Source: Oopsacas minuta (taxonomy: Eukaryota > Animalia > Porifera). Taken from it: a stretch of 64,000 nt of DNA. Numbering within the stretch: the stretch's first letter is position 1; each line of letters begins with the position of its first letter. This document shows positions 21,101 through 32,347 of this stretch, piece after piece. Both the position numbers and the translations under genes were made by a program. The DNA lies in the NCBI GenBank assembly GCA_024704765.1, contig JAKMXF010000188.1, positions 1 through 64,000 on the forward strand. The letters run 5' to 3'. Below the pieces are notes generated by a model. It saw only the letters and a program-made list of their open reading frames with translations. It was not told where the DNA came from and did no database searches.

Positions 21101-23978
21101 TTACTTTCTTGATAAATGTATAGTTATGCGACTTTTCAGAATTAAGAACTCTGATTCAATATCGCATTCCATAAATCCTGTCCTTGACAACGAACAAACA
21201 GACGAACAGACAGACAACAATAGCAAGTTATTAATTTAGATCAAGTTTCTCAAACTCTCATGAGGCCACTTTATTAACATTTATCTCATGACCACATCTA
21301 GGTCGACATGTTTGGTCAAGTTTGGTCACGTTGGTCTAGTTATCGGTCCAAAGGGGGAGGGGCTTCGCCCTGGGACAAATTCATATAATTTTTTTATTAT
21401 GCATACATATAATTGGTAATACAAGTACGTAAGTATACAGGATGACTGGTATAATCCCATTACAAACAAGGAAAGGAATATAAAGAAATTATAAATTATT
21501 TTGTAAGTATCTTGTGTCTTATAAACATAAATTAGTCAGAGAACCAAAATGTCTTTACCATCATTATACTACTTTATATTTGACAAATTGTCAAAGTTTC
21601 CTTTATCAACATTCTTATTTTGAACTGCCAGAAACATAATAAATGTATTGATTTCTCTTCGGCAAGATAGCAGAGTTTTGTTTTTGCCTTGGAGTTTTAG
21701 CTTGAGATCTGATAATATATTTTAAAATGTCGTACAATTAAATAATTTCTCCTCGATTTTCTTGTAATTTGTCAGATAAATCGTCGTGATGACTCAATGA
21801 TTGCATCAAAAAGTGAGGTAAATCTTGTGAGACAATGTGTTTGGACAGCCACCTAGCCTCTGTGTGTAAATTAAGAGTCGATATTTCATCATCGTTCTCT
21901 TTGCATAATAAATAATCTGTCGCTCTCGTGAGGCGTAACGTTTAATAGTGTTGACACATTCAATAATGGTAGCTAATAATTCTTAAAATTAGTTAGAGAG
22001 CTCCTTCGCTTCCAAATGTTGTCGATGTGTCATACAATGTATGTTCAAAATTTCATAACCAACTTCATTCCTAAGTGATGATATATATCCCTTTTTACAT
22101 CCAATCATTGCTCTGGCGCAATCAGTTGAACATGCACAAATATTAGATAAGGGATTTTGCACCTATCGAAGAATGATGTCAGTGTTGAAAGAATCGATTG
22201 TGCTGTTGTATCAATGGTAAAATCTCACTGAACAGCAATCATTATGAGTATATCTAACAAACATAATAGCATTGCTTCATTGTCAATGGTAGTTAATTCA
22301 TCAAGTGCAACCGGATATCTAATATATTTATCAATTGATTCAAGACATCTTCACCCATTTCACCTTTTCGTCTCTGTATAGTAGAATTTGATAATGGTGT
22401 TGAATACGAAATATAAAAGCTTCATTTTGTGTACAAAATTTGATTTCAATAGATGGCTTTTAAGAGGCGATTATATGAAGCATGTCCCAACCTTGTCCAA
22501 AGTGTTTATACATTTATAGCAATTACCATTTGGAATTGGGAAAATTTAAAAATTAACACAGTTCAGTCAATATACATGTTATACATGTCATACATGCTAT
22601 ACATGCTATACATGCTATACATGCTATACATGCTATACATGTTATACATGTTATACATGTTTACATGTTATACATGTTATACATGTTATACATGTTTACA
22701 TGTTATACATGTTATACATGTTATACAGGTTGGAAATTAAAATAATAGGAATTATATGCCACGAAACCGAACCTAATATTCTTTCTGAAATTTTAATGAA
22801 GGTCGCGACCGAAGAGTTCAATATTCCGAATTTTTTGGCGAATACGAAGTTGATGCTAACCCATTATCAATGCAGTATTCGGTATTCGTTTGAGATAACC
22901 GAATAGGTATTACCTACAATATTAGTGGGATTGTGGGAATTTGAAAGATCATGAGATTTATAATTTATAATTTATAAACATTAGTGTGACACACGATAGG
23001 ATCGTGAAAGTTTAGAGCCCTGCAGTATCAGTATCAGCTTTTGGTAAGGAATCAATTCACGAATACTAATACATATTCGATTCGAGCGATTTCAATCTTT
23101 TATTTTTAAAATTTAAGCCACTTATCTAGATTCTGCTAGAATATCAATTCTCAAAGCACATAGTGCCGAGAGTATCAATCCAAGCACGTTAGTATGAAAT
23201 ATTTATTTATAACTGTATGTAGATAATGAGACGTAAGCACTGGCTGGTTTCCTCTGCAGATCTAGTTAATACTCTAACTCAATGCTTCGGTTTGTGTGCT
23301 ACCTGTATGGAGGGAGATGTGTGGTATCAGAAGTTAGCTTATTGTGATAATCTAGTACACTGGGTTCCATTCAGACTGATCTCAGAAGCTGACAACATGC
23401 ATTTCTACGTGATGGAGAATATGACAGTAAAGGAGTATGCTTGTAGCGGATCTAGACTCTGTATTGCTAAGTCCCCAATATACGCTGTCCTGGCATACAC
23501 TGTAGAGACCTTATTCAGACCAGATCCTGCCAAATCCCAGGAACTATCTCTCTATTCCATGGCAGATAACCCTATCCCCGTCTACACATTGCTAGACACT
23601 ATCTACGCTCTGTATGGAGCTGGGAACATTACTGTTTGGGTGACTAATGAGAATGATCTGTTAGTATTGAAGCCAGTTCTACGTGTTTTAATGCTAGATA
23701 ATGTCCTGGTGACGTGTGTAGATATCAGATTGTTTGATTCGAGCAGGCTGACAGCTGTACAGAGACAGTTAGACGGTAACATACACGAATGGACAACTAA
23801 TGGCTGTCCTACTTACAGTCGTGATGTAATTGCTCCATATACAATTAGTATAGTTGATATAAGTCAGCGTGCTAGGAGGGATGTACACCAAATCGTGGTG
23901 GAGCATAACTATGGAGATTATCTAACTACCAGATGGAAGAGTGCTGACAGGAGATGGATTGAGAAGCAAATTCTATAA
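18124..23978 (+). CDS. Secreted ~900-aa protein: signal peptide, M15-like, Hedge (Hedgehog-N), M15-like, Cys-rich C-terminus. Exons 18124-19627, 20271-20713, 23223-23978
   Basis: Signal peptide MVNILRYFLLFALFLLPLEISG. Hedge-like segment VNRSSEQF..RVMS..LSVVRSW..LFSEGRAL..AGFDYVYY. GT-AG junctions with matching phases (1, then 0) give 2703 nt without stops. Exon 2 is not in the ORF track. Confidence 0.8.
19707..19807. mobile_element. pogo/Tigger-like MITE in intron 1
   Basis: TA-flanked; TIRs cagtaaagtctcgttaatccgtac / gttcgtattaacgagactctactg. Confidence 0.88.
19970..20130. repeat. Dispersed repeat shared with ~43050-43200
   Basis: tagtaatctgggcactttgt..cgagtatt.tgaaattctcaaaa..gtcatgatgacg..ataatcccatgatgag occurs at both places. 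Confidence 0.8.
20736..21241 (+). mobile_element. Apparently complete Helitron/Helentron-like (HINE/DINE-style) non-autonomous element
   Basis: 5' acgagccgcttcgcttgc, core aaattcggattcagcgta..ttacccc, and 3' ccttgacaacgaac-(acag)n-..ttaatttagat. The 3' half recurs at ~59226-59453. Class assignment is by resemblance only. Confidence 0.55.
21480..22340 (-). mobile_element. Decayed Buster-type hAT transposase relic in intron 2
   Basis: The minus strand reads YPVALDELTTIDNEAMLL and LCKENDDEISTLNLHTEARWLSK, parallel to the IDESTLPGNEALLL and HTEVRWLSK motifs of the element at 14510. Many stops. Confidence 0.75.
22571..22727. repeat. 9-bp minisatellite (TATACATGT/C) x ~17
   Basis: Directly visible tandem array, including two 8-bp variants. 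Confidence 0.97.
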
Positions 23979-24809
23979 GCTTTCTCTCTATTATTATACT
24001 ATACTATGTTATTTCATATGACAAAACATGGATATATCATTCAGCTTTCATTTTTAGTTTCATATGCTATATGCTTTCTAGACTAAAACTGTTTTGTGTT
24101 TGTTGAAATTTTTCAATACTTGTTATTTCAGGGCTTTTCATGCTCATCCTAATACTCCCCCTGTTGGACTGCTGGCTCTAGAGATAACAATTCCAACTTG
24201 ATTTCTCCAATCACTAAATTATTACAAGTAATGAGTGACATATGGCGATTGATATTCATTTAGACTAGGACTTTCTATTCCGAGATCTGACTTTCGCGAT
24301 TGGATCCTGGATTTTATTCATTCCGATTCATTGCCAGATTATTCTAAATCCTGGTAAACTTCCGCGTATTGGATTACCCCCCAGGTATAAATGACTCGTT
24401 CTAGGAATCTGAAAAGCCCTGTTAAAATATGATTTTGCTACCTCCAGTATTGATTGAATATCTCTTTCAATAATTAAAATTAATATTTTAACTGTGATAT
24501 AACAGAAGAGAGAATTTCGATAGCTCACTTGTTGTATCATGTATTTTCTGTTGAACAGATAATTACTTGAGATAAAGACTGACCTGATTTTAATTAGCAC
24601 ATGAGGCCATTATTCCGATGGTATAATGCTTGTACTTTATTGTTAATCAATTGGATGGCTTTATTGTGTGTATAAGCATACATAGAATGCCTGTCATAAA
24701 CTTATGGCACCTTCATGAGGTATCCTCCATCTTGAGCCTGTATGCTCTCAATTTTATTCACTACTAAGTCATCTTAGCGAGTTTATATTGAAACATTTCT
24801 GCAGCAAAG

Positions 24810-26012
24810 ATGTGTTCTCGACCTGTTAAAATCCCCAAACTGGACTCCGATGTGTTAGACCAAATGCCCTCTCTCGAAGAAAAGGGCCCCGCTATCGAAT
24901 TTGACCCCTTCCCGGTACCAACCTCATCCAAGAGCCCTGGCAGCCCTGCTCACAGCTCACAAGTCTCCAATCCTGAATCTTCCTCAGACATCACACTAGT
25001 GCTAGAAATACCCGGGATATCTTCTCAGATTAACAACACTATCAAGCTGCAGACTATCATTGACTCGCTAGACGAAGCTATGGAGGATGAGCTAGACAGA
25101 GTTCAGAAGAGATTCTACAGACAGAAGCGGCCTTATTTTGACGAGCGGAGACTTGTGCTAGAGCAGATTCCTTTCTTCTGGCGTACAACTCTACTCAGAC
25201 ATCCGGAGCTATACTCTATCATGGAGGAACTAGATGTACAGATACTGGATCATTTGTATAGTATAGATATTCTAGAATATTCTGATGGAGACTGTGCATA
25301 TAAGATATCTTTCTTCTTCAAAGAGAATCCTTTCTTCTCTAATGAAGAGTTCACAAAGGAAGTACGAATGATAGATTCTGAAGAATTGGTTTCAATTGGA
25401 ACTAAAATAAAATGGAAGAAACCTTATATTTCTCTCAATCGTAGACTAAAACCGGGCGACAAGCGCTCACCCGATGATCCCCGCTGTGAATTCTTCCACT
25501 GGTTCTCCAGTTCTAATTCTAAATACCTTGATAGAATAGGAGAGATATTGAGAGATGATATCTGGCCTAATCCTATCAAGTATTTCCTACCACACAGTGG
25601 TTCTACTGAAGAACTGGTGGTACTGACTGATAGTGATTCAGATAGTGACACAGATCAAATACCTCTCGAAGACATGAATAGGGTAAATTCCGACGTCATA
25701 AGTATTGACGATGATGATGATGAAGATTGTGACGTCATCTCTCCTACTCAAGACCTGATAACCTCTAGTTTAATTAACGGGGACGTGTCCTCCTCTCCAC
25801 CTCACAACTCCGTAACACTCAATAACAGTGCACAAACAGTATACTCCCCTATTTCACATGATTTTATAGATAGAACTTCTTTAACACCAACTCTACCACC
25901 TGTCAGTGAGTTGAGAGAATCTACAGATACTAATGCACATGTAAACTCACCTCCAACAAGCACAGACCAAACTAATCTGGTATTAGAAGTTCAACAGGAG
26001 AGTGAGGCTTAA
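24810..26012 (+). CDS. SET/TSPY-like nucleosome assembly protein (NAP family), single exon
   Basis: RPYFDERRLVLEQIPFFWRTTLLRHP, YKISFFFKENPFFSNEEFTKE, TKIKWK, FFHWF, IGEILRDDIWPNPIKYF, followed by an acidic Ser/Thr-rich tail. Confidence 0.9.
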   Translation: MCSRPVKIPKLDSDVLDQMPSLEEKGPAIEFDPFPVPTSSKSPGSPAHSSQVSNPESSSDITLVLEIPGISSQINNTIKLQTIIDSLDEAMEDELDRVQKRFYRQKRPYFDERRLVLEQIPFFWRTTLLRHPELYSIMEELDVQILDHLYSIDILEYSDGDCAYKISFFFKENPFFSNEEFTKEVRMIDSEELVSIGTKIKWKKPYISLNRRLKPGDKRSPDDPRCEFFHWFSSSNSKYLDRIGEILRDDIWPNPIKYFLPHSGSTEELVVLTDSDSDSDTDQIPLEDMNRVNSDVISIDDDDDEDCDVISPTQDLITSSLINGDVSSSPPHNSVTLNNSAQTVYSPISHDFIDRTSLTPTLPPVSELRESTDTNAHVNSPPTSTDQTNLVLEVQQESEA

Positions 26013-27307
26013 GATTATCTCCTCGCTTAGCTCCAGCTGGTAGACGGCTCTCTAATTGCTTATGATAACAGCTAAATAGGGAACTATCATTCATTCTCTT
26101 TTCATTTTCATTGCCCAGCTCTGATAGTTTCTTCTCCATCAATGTCTTATATAATTCTAATTTATAATTCAGAAGCACTAAGCTATTAATTTTCTAATAA
26201 TATAGATTACATAATGTGCACACACACACACGCATCCTTATTAGTGGATACACTCCAGTGCTGTAGTTTAATGTTCTCAGCTTAATTACAGTAGAACCAG
26301 GACCTCTGATTGGATCGGAGAATGAGGTCCGGAACATTTTGCTATTTTTTCGAAATGAGTGCATATTACCCAAATATTGTGATGATTATTCGATGAAAAT
26401 CGTACATACCATGTACCAACCCCGGAACTTTCTCCCCCGAGCTGTGAATACACCGAATTCTAGCGAAGCGACGAGAGCATTAACGCGAGCTCAGTCAGGC
26501 TGTCTGAAACTGCATACGCATATGGATTATTGGATGAATTTATAAAAGTGGGCTACATCTATTCGCTGGAATAAGTTTGCCAATATACAGTCAACATATG
26601 CTAACTCGGGGAAATCAAAATCCTTTCGAGATAACGGATGACACCTATCTAAAGTTCCGATTTCCCATACGACAATTTTCTAATGATTAAGAGCTGAAAT
26701 TTTACTGCTTTTTACTGTTTGTTCAGTTATTCTGTGATCTTATCAAAAATTATAATTTAATATATAGTCTGCTATACAGTTAACATCCGGTTAAAACGGC
26801 CCTGAAAATCTGTTCAAAAATCGAATGTTCGAATTAACGCGCATTCGAGTTACCGGATGTTGACCAAAATTGCTTTGGCTTACTAACCTAAGTTATAATT
26901 CAAGATTTTACGATTTTATTTATTTCATTTGCCACGAAAGAATTGAATTGTATGTATTTTGCCTGAGTATATAACTAATATGCGAACATTATTAAATATT
27001 ACCTAAATTTGCTAATTCCAGTCCGCTCCAGTTAATTGGATCACTTTCTCCTAGCTGGAATGTTAACCAGCAACAGGTGCTATGGTATCTATACTATAAG
27101 AATTTCGCATCTTAGTATAGCCCAAAATAGTCTTAATTCAAGAAATTGTTTTAAGGTTAGTCAGGGATATTAATTGAGGGAAAATTGATCCGAATTTATT
27201 CTACTCCGCTTGATAGAGTTACTCCTGGACCCCAGTGGCTGTAATAATCGGAGTCAAATGCATTCCATTACATATTAACATTGTTTCTATTAATCACATC
27301 AGTCTTT

Positions 27308-28231
27308 ATGGAGAGCAAGAATCGGTTAAAGAGAAGAAGAATCAATGAAGTTAACTCGAACACTCACACAACAACTCTTCCTACAGGAGAAACTAATACT
27401 TATTTCTGTCAAAGGATTTTGTTTTTCTTATGTTATATACTCGGGGTTATCCTGCTCTGTTATTTAGGTATAACATATCTATTAAGAACAGACTATACAG
27501 ATTCTCCAGGACAAGATATTACATATAACATAACATGTCAGCCTTCAGAGCATGATAAAGTATACCCCAATTGTTCTCCTAATAATTGTGCTAGAATTTT
27601 AGTAAATGAATTCTTAACTCCTCATCGTGTGTCTCAGCTAGTTAGGTTAGTTAAGAAAGCTCTTGAACACGGGAGGTCTGATGGAGGAGCTTCTATCTTC
27701 GACTTCAATTCAGGAGCAATATCAAAGGGAGACAAGTTTATAAACGTATATTCTATCCACACAGCTACTGGAGAGGATCCTGTATTTAATGATGGGGAAT
27801 TTAATATATTATATGAAATAATAGATAGAGTACATATGCGGATTGCAGGTTATTTCGGATTAAACAAAGAGAATCTATATTTGACTAATCCTACATTCTT
27901 CTCTGAAATGACAGCTCGACCGGCTCGTACCATTCACGACGAATATTGGCACACACACATAGACAAGCAGACCTATGAATCATTTGAATACACTAGCTTG
28001 TTATATCTATCTGAATATGATAGAGATTTTAAAGGAGGTAGCTTTACCTACGTAGATAATGGTAAAGAGTCCGGTATGACTATACAACCTAGACCTGGCC
28101 TTCTCTCTATATTCACATCAGGCAATGAGAATCCACATAAAGTAGAGAAAATCAGAGATGGGGTGAGGTATGCGCTTACAATAGGTTTCACGTGTGACCC
28201 TAACAAGAGAATAAATTTATCTAATAACTAG
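27308..28231 (+). CDS. OGFOD3: 2-oxoglutarate/Fe(II) dioxygenase OGFOD3-like with N-terminal TM anchor
   Basis: Basic N-terminus plus TM helix, GRSDGGASIFD..SGAISKGDKFINVY, PTFFSEM..HDEYWHTHIDK.TYESFEYTSLLYL, ENPHKVEK..GVRYALTI. First ATG is at 27308. Confidence 0.9.
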   Translation: MESKNRLKRRRINEVNSNTHTTTLPTGETNTYFCQRILFFLCYILGVILLCYLGITYLLRTDYTDSPGQDITYNITCQPSEHDKVYPNCSPNNCARILVNEFLTPHRVSQLVRLVKKALEHGRSDGGASIFDFNSGAISKGDKFINVYSIHTATGEDPVFNDGEFNILYEIIDRVHMRIAGYFGLNKENLYLTNPTFFSEMTARPARTIHDEYWHTHIDKQTYESFEYTSLLYLSEYDRDFKGGSFTYVDNGKESGMTIQPRPGLLSIFTSGNENPHKVEKIRDGVRYALTIGFTCDPNKRINLSNN

Positions 28232-28638
28232 AGCTGATAGGTAATTAGGTATAATATATGCTTTTGTATTGTTTATATTTGGTTGATTTCATTCTGAATG
28301 GTAGTATACCCAGGGGCGGATTGGGGACTTAAAACTGCCATGGCAAAAGGTTACGCTCATCAACTCACTGGCCACCAGTCCATAAGTCCGCGCCCTGATA
28401 GCACCTTCGTTAATCTGAATCTAGCTAGTTAGTATCCGCGATAATCCAAACAGTCTAATCTGTTGTTCAGTTTTAAGCTAAGTATTGGAATGCTTACGGA
28501 TATATTTGAACAAATATTTTCCAATTGAGACCTTGTTGTTCAGATAAACTAGGGTCTACTGTAATAACCGTACTACGGATACAATTTATTTCATTTTGGA
28601 ATATTAAACTCTTTATCTATTTCTCACTGAATACGTAT

Positions 28639-28714
28639 TCCTGTTTCAATTGACCTGTCACAAATTCATCTTAAGTAGTGTAGATGAATTTGTGACAGGT
28701 CAATTGAAACAGGA
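28639..28714. repeat. Perfect hairpin: 33-bp arms, 10-nt loop
   Basis: tcctgtttcaattgacctgtcacaaattcatct (28639-28671) is the exact reverse complement of 28682-28714. Confidence 0.95.
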
Positions 28715-29030
28715 GGCAGTGACTGTGGCATTCGTCCCAGGTTACATTTCTGCTACCAGCCCGGCCCGCGTCTTCCAGATCTTCTGATCACCACTGCCCA
28801 TAATTAATAATTGAAAATATTTAGCCCCGAGTTTGAAATTCCTCGTCCAGCCTGGCCCGGAGTATGTCAGATCCTGAGACCGCACCTGCTTGAGGGCGTT
28901 TCGAACTTCTACTTAATCGGTTTTCTGACTCATTCCTACTTTAATTCCTCACCCATTTACATTAACTGTGTGACATAAATATACTATACTAAGCTTATGC
29001 TGATCCCTCAATACCGAGTATAGAGTTAAG

Positions 29031-30014
29031 ATGGATGGAGTTACTGTATCAGACTTAGAAGTGAAAATAGAGGATCTAGACATTACACAAGCTGTGTCTA
29101 TATACAACAAGTACGGCTGTCTTATAGTACGACGACTTAATGCTCAGTATGTAGACAGTATATATAAGGATGCTGAGGTAGCTGCAGAGCATGCAGTATC
29201 TCTCCTCAGTCAGGCTGTGGAGAAGTCTGATGGTTGGGAGACACCAGATGGCACTCTGTTTATACCCGTCAGCCCTGAATACGAATCTAAGTTAGGGAGA
29301 GATAAACAGATAATGGTATTAGGTGTTAACTATATGAACAGTGCTGCTATGACGCATGCAGCAATGGATAAGCAATGTCTAGACATAGTAGAAGGGATAT
29401 TAGGTCCTAATATAGAGCTGTTTGGAAATGGTCAGTGCTTCTACAAAGAGCCAGCTGGTGGGAATCCTAAGTATCTGCATCAAGATAACGCGTATTTTGA
29501 GTTTGCACACGAGGGACCAGTAGGAACACTCAACTACACAGTTGATACTAATCTCAAGAAGAACAACGGTCCGTTATATGTGATACCAGGTACACACAGA
29601 AAGGGAGGTTATGGATATGATAAGACAGGGGCTTACTCCGGACAGACGCCTCATAGCTCTTATATAAAACATGTAGACACAAGTTCTCATCTAGCTCTAA
29701 ATCTGTCGGAATGGAGCTTTGATGATTGTATCCTTATTGAAGGTAATGCAGGGGATACAATATTCTTTCATATCAATTTGGTACACGGGTCACCTCCCAA
29801 CCACTCGGATTCTCCTAGACCTACCTTTATTAACCGCTACCTATCAGTAGATGACTACCCGGTAATGCCATTAGCTACCTCTGTGAAAATGAGACTGGAA
29901 CAGCTGGAGAAGTTTAAGAAAGAAGGAGGAGCTATGAAGAAGAGAGGTATAGTGGTTAGAGGCAGGAGACAGTATATAGGGATGAAGTGGCAGCTTGATA
30001 ACGAACATCACTGA
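29031..30014 (+). CDS. PhyH/phytanoyl-CoA dioxygenase-family 2OG-Fe(II) oxygenase, single exon
   Basis: YNKYGCLIVRRL, FYKEPAGG..LHQDNAYF (HxD), NNGPLYVIPGTH, AGDTIFFH..LVHGSPPNHSDSPR. Confidence 0.88.
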   Translation: MDGVTVSDLEVKIEDLDITQAVSIYNKYGCLIVRRLNAQYVDSIYKDAEVAAEHAVSLLSQAVEKSDGWETPDGTLFIPVSPEYESKLGRDKQIMVLGVNYMNSAAMTHAAMDKQCLDIVEGILGPNIELFGNGQCFYKEPAGGNPKYLHQDNAYFEFAHEGPVGTLNYTVDTNLKKNNGPLYVIPGTHRKGGYGYDKTGAYSGQTPHSSYIKHVDTSSHLALNLSEWSFDDCILIEGNAGDTIFFHINLVHGSPPNHSDSPRPTFINRYLSVDDYPVMPLATSVKMRLEQLEKFKKEGGAMKKRGIVVRGRRQYIGMKWQLDNEHH

Positions 30015-30975
30015 TACTTATTTATTTCTTATATTTAACCTTTTTTAGTTTTGTGAAATACTTATTAGTGTCTGAGCCACTTATAGATATGTTTTAGTGC
30101 AGTAATTCCATAGACGACACACTCTTGCTATGATTCTTTAGAGCTTTCTCATTTGTAGGCCATCTATTGTATAGCATTGACCCATGTCATTTCCTGACAT
30201 AATAAATAATATAATAATTACATTATTTGTTGAATGATTTTTTTCGGTCAATAAAATAATTTTGTGCTATTTTCCATGGTAATTTCCAGACGTTTTACAA
30301 ATATGATAGCTACTAAAATAGACCGTTCACTATACTATAGCTCTTAAGTTGTGTTTGTTTATTTTTTGAGATATATCATGTTTACTTTTTTGATTTTAGG
30401 GGTAACCCTGTTCTCTATTGGGAATTGTACTGTCCCATACTTGCCAATTGTCTCGTTTTATAGCAAGTTTTACATATATGCTATTACATAATTACCATTC
30501 CCTTATACAAATTCCCGAGATTTTCATTGCCAAACCCTGGATTTTTTCGTTTTCCCCCTATTACACCCGAAAACATCCAGAAATATAGCAAAAATTACAG
30601 ATTTTTCCGGGGTTTTCAAAATTCCCCTTACATATGAAATAAAATCCCGGCAGGAGACGCAAGTATGCCATTCTATTCCATTGGCATAACTGTTAATACG
30701 TAATTATTTCCCGAAGGTATAATTAATATAAATGTTATTCCTAAATACTACAAGTTGATCCTCATAGGTTTTGGTACATATGGTCCTCCTTAATTACGAA
30801 GCACACTGATAACCTAAATTATCATGCATTTCTTTTAAAATAACATCCGATTGACTTGTCTGGATGACTAATAGTTTGTGTCTTTCAAGTAGAGCTTACC
30901 CCCCATTATCATGTACTTATTAGCCATTTTATTTTTTTACGGCAGAATACGTTTGGTTCTCTAAGCATTGATATA

Positions 30976-31892
30976 CTCTAAGTGGACAAAAGTATTTCAA
31001 AACACAAATATATTGTCATAAATTGTATACTCTTTCCCGTTCCTATATATTGTGTAGTCTATTATTCGTAGCTGCTATGTAGTAATTTGTATAGAATAAC
31101 ATATGTTTTTCAAGAATTTCAAAAAAATATTTTCGATTTACACTTTTTGAAGGTGTTAATTATTAATAATTATTAGATAATTATTGATAATCAAAATATG
31201 TGGTATTTCAAAGCCTATTAAGAATCTATAATTTCTGGCTTGATATTTGAATTCTACGTAGGCGAGTTACCCCAGATTGAAATTTCCAATCGGATTGAAC
31301 AATTTTTACCAGAGTTATAGATGAATTTCAATTTGTGCCATTTGTGCCACCTTTTGCCCAAGGTGGCACAAGTGGCCGCTACCAAGAGGTTATTATGGAA
31401 TTCAAGGGTTAGCATAGTCATATCATTCGAAAATATTACTTCGACTTATTCCTCCTAGCCCTAGTTGCTTTCCTTGTAGTGGCGCTTTTTCCTGCCACCT
31501 ATGCCACTTTTTGAAAAAAGTGGCACAAGTAGGACAAATTGAAATTCTTCTATAACTTTAGTAAAAATTGTTCAATCCGATTGGAAATTTCAATCTGGGG
31601 TAACTCGCCTACGTAGAATTCAAATATCAAGTCAGAAATTATAGATTCTTAATAGGCTTTGAATTACCACGTATTTTGATTATCAATAATTATCTAATAA
31701 TTATTAATAATTAACACCTTCCAAAAGTGTAAATCGAAATTATTTTTTTGAAATTCTTGAAAAACATATGTTATTCTATACAAATTACTACATAGCAGCT
31801 ACGAATATAGACTACACAATATATAGGAACGGGAAAGAGTATCAATTTATGACAATATATTTGTGTTTTGAAATACTTTTGTCCACTTAGAG
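30976..31892. mobile_element. Foldback element with ~400-bp inverted arms, TA-flanked
   Basis: 30976-31376 is the near reverse complement of 31494-31892; termini TA-ctctaagtggac..gtccacttagag-TA. Confidence 0.92.
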
Positions 31893-32347
31893 TATCTCTG
31901 ATATCTGATATGAGACTCTTCCATTAGTTGAATTCGAGAATTATAGAATAAGAATTTTAGTTTCAAAAATAATATTGGATAACTTCACTTGAAATATATA
32001 CAATTTATTTAAGATTAAAAGGTCACAAGATCGAGGAACCATAAATATATTATTATTTAAATAATGCTACGTATTGTAGGGGGGCTATTTGTACCAAAAT
32101 CCATTATTATCTGGTACAAATGGTCCCCCTTAGTTAATATATACGATTTTAAGCGAAAGGTCAAGGGAAGCCAAATAAATAGAAATGAAGCCATATTGAA
32201 TTGTTACTAAAAAGTGCTTCGTAAGCAAGGGGACCATATGTACCAAAACCTATCACGATCTGGTACATATGATCCCCCGGACCAAATATCCAGAGGGGAC
32301 CATATGTACCAGAGCAATACAAACATATATGTATAAATAAATATATA

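Noticed and set aside
22571-22727. Minisatellite as a CRISPR-like array or tandem p53 half-sites
   Set aside because: There are no spacers, and the unit matches only the CATG core of RRRCWWGYYY.
22453-22906. ORFs 22453-22740 and 22700-22906
   Set aside because: Their MLY/CYT repeats are translations of the 9-bp minisatellite inside an intron.
18124-23978. Calling this gene hedgehog or hedgling
   Set aside because: No Hint/Hog, VWA, cadherin or TM region is seen in the reconstructed protein.
25972-26178. Coding-looking minus ORF overlapping the SET-like stop
   Set aside because: Short, TTG-type start, no motif; it cannot be distinguished from 3' UTR sequence.
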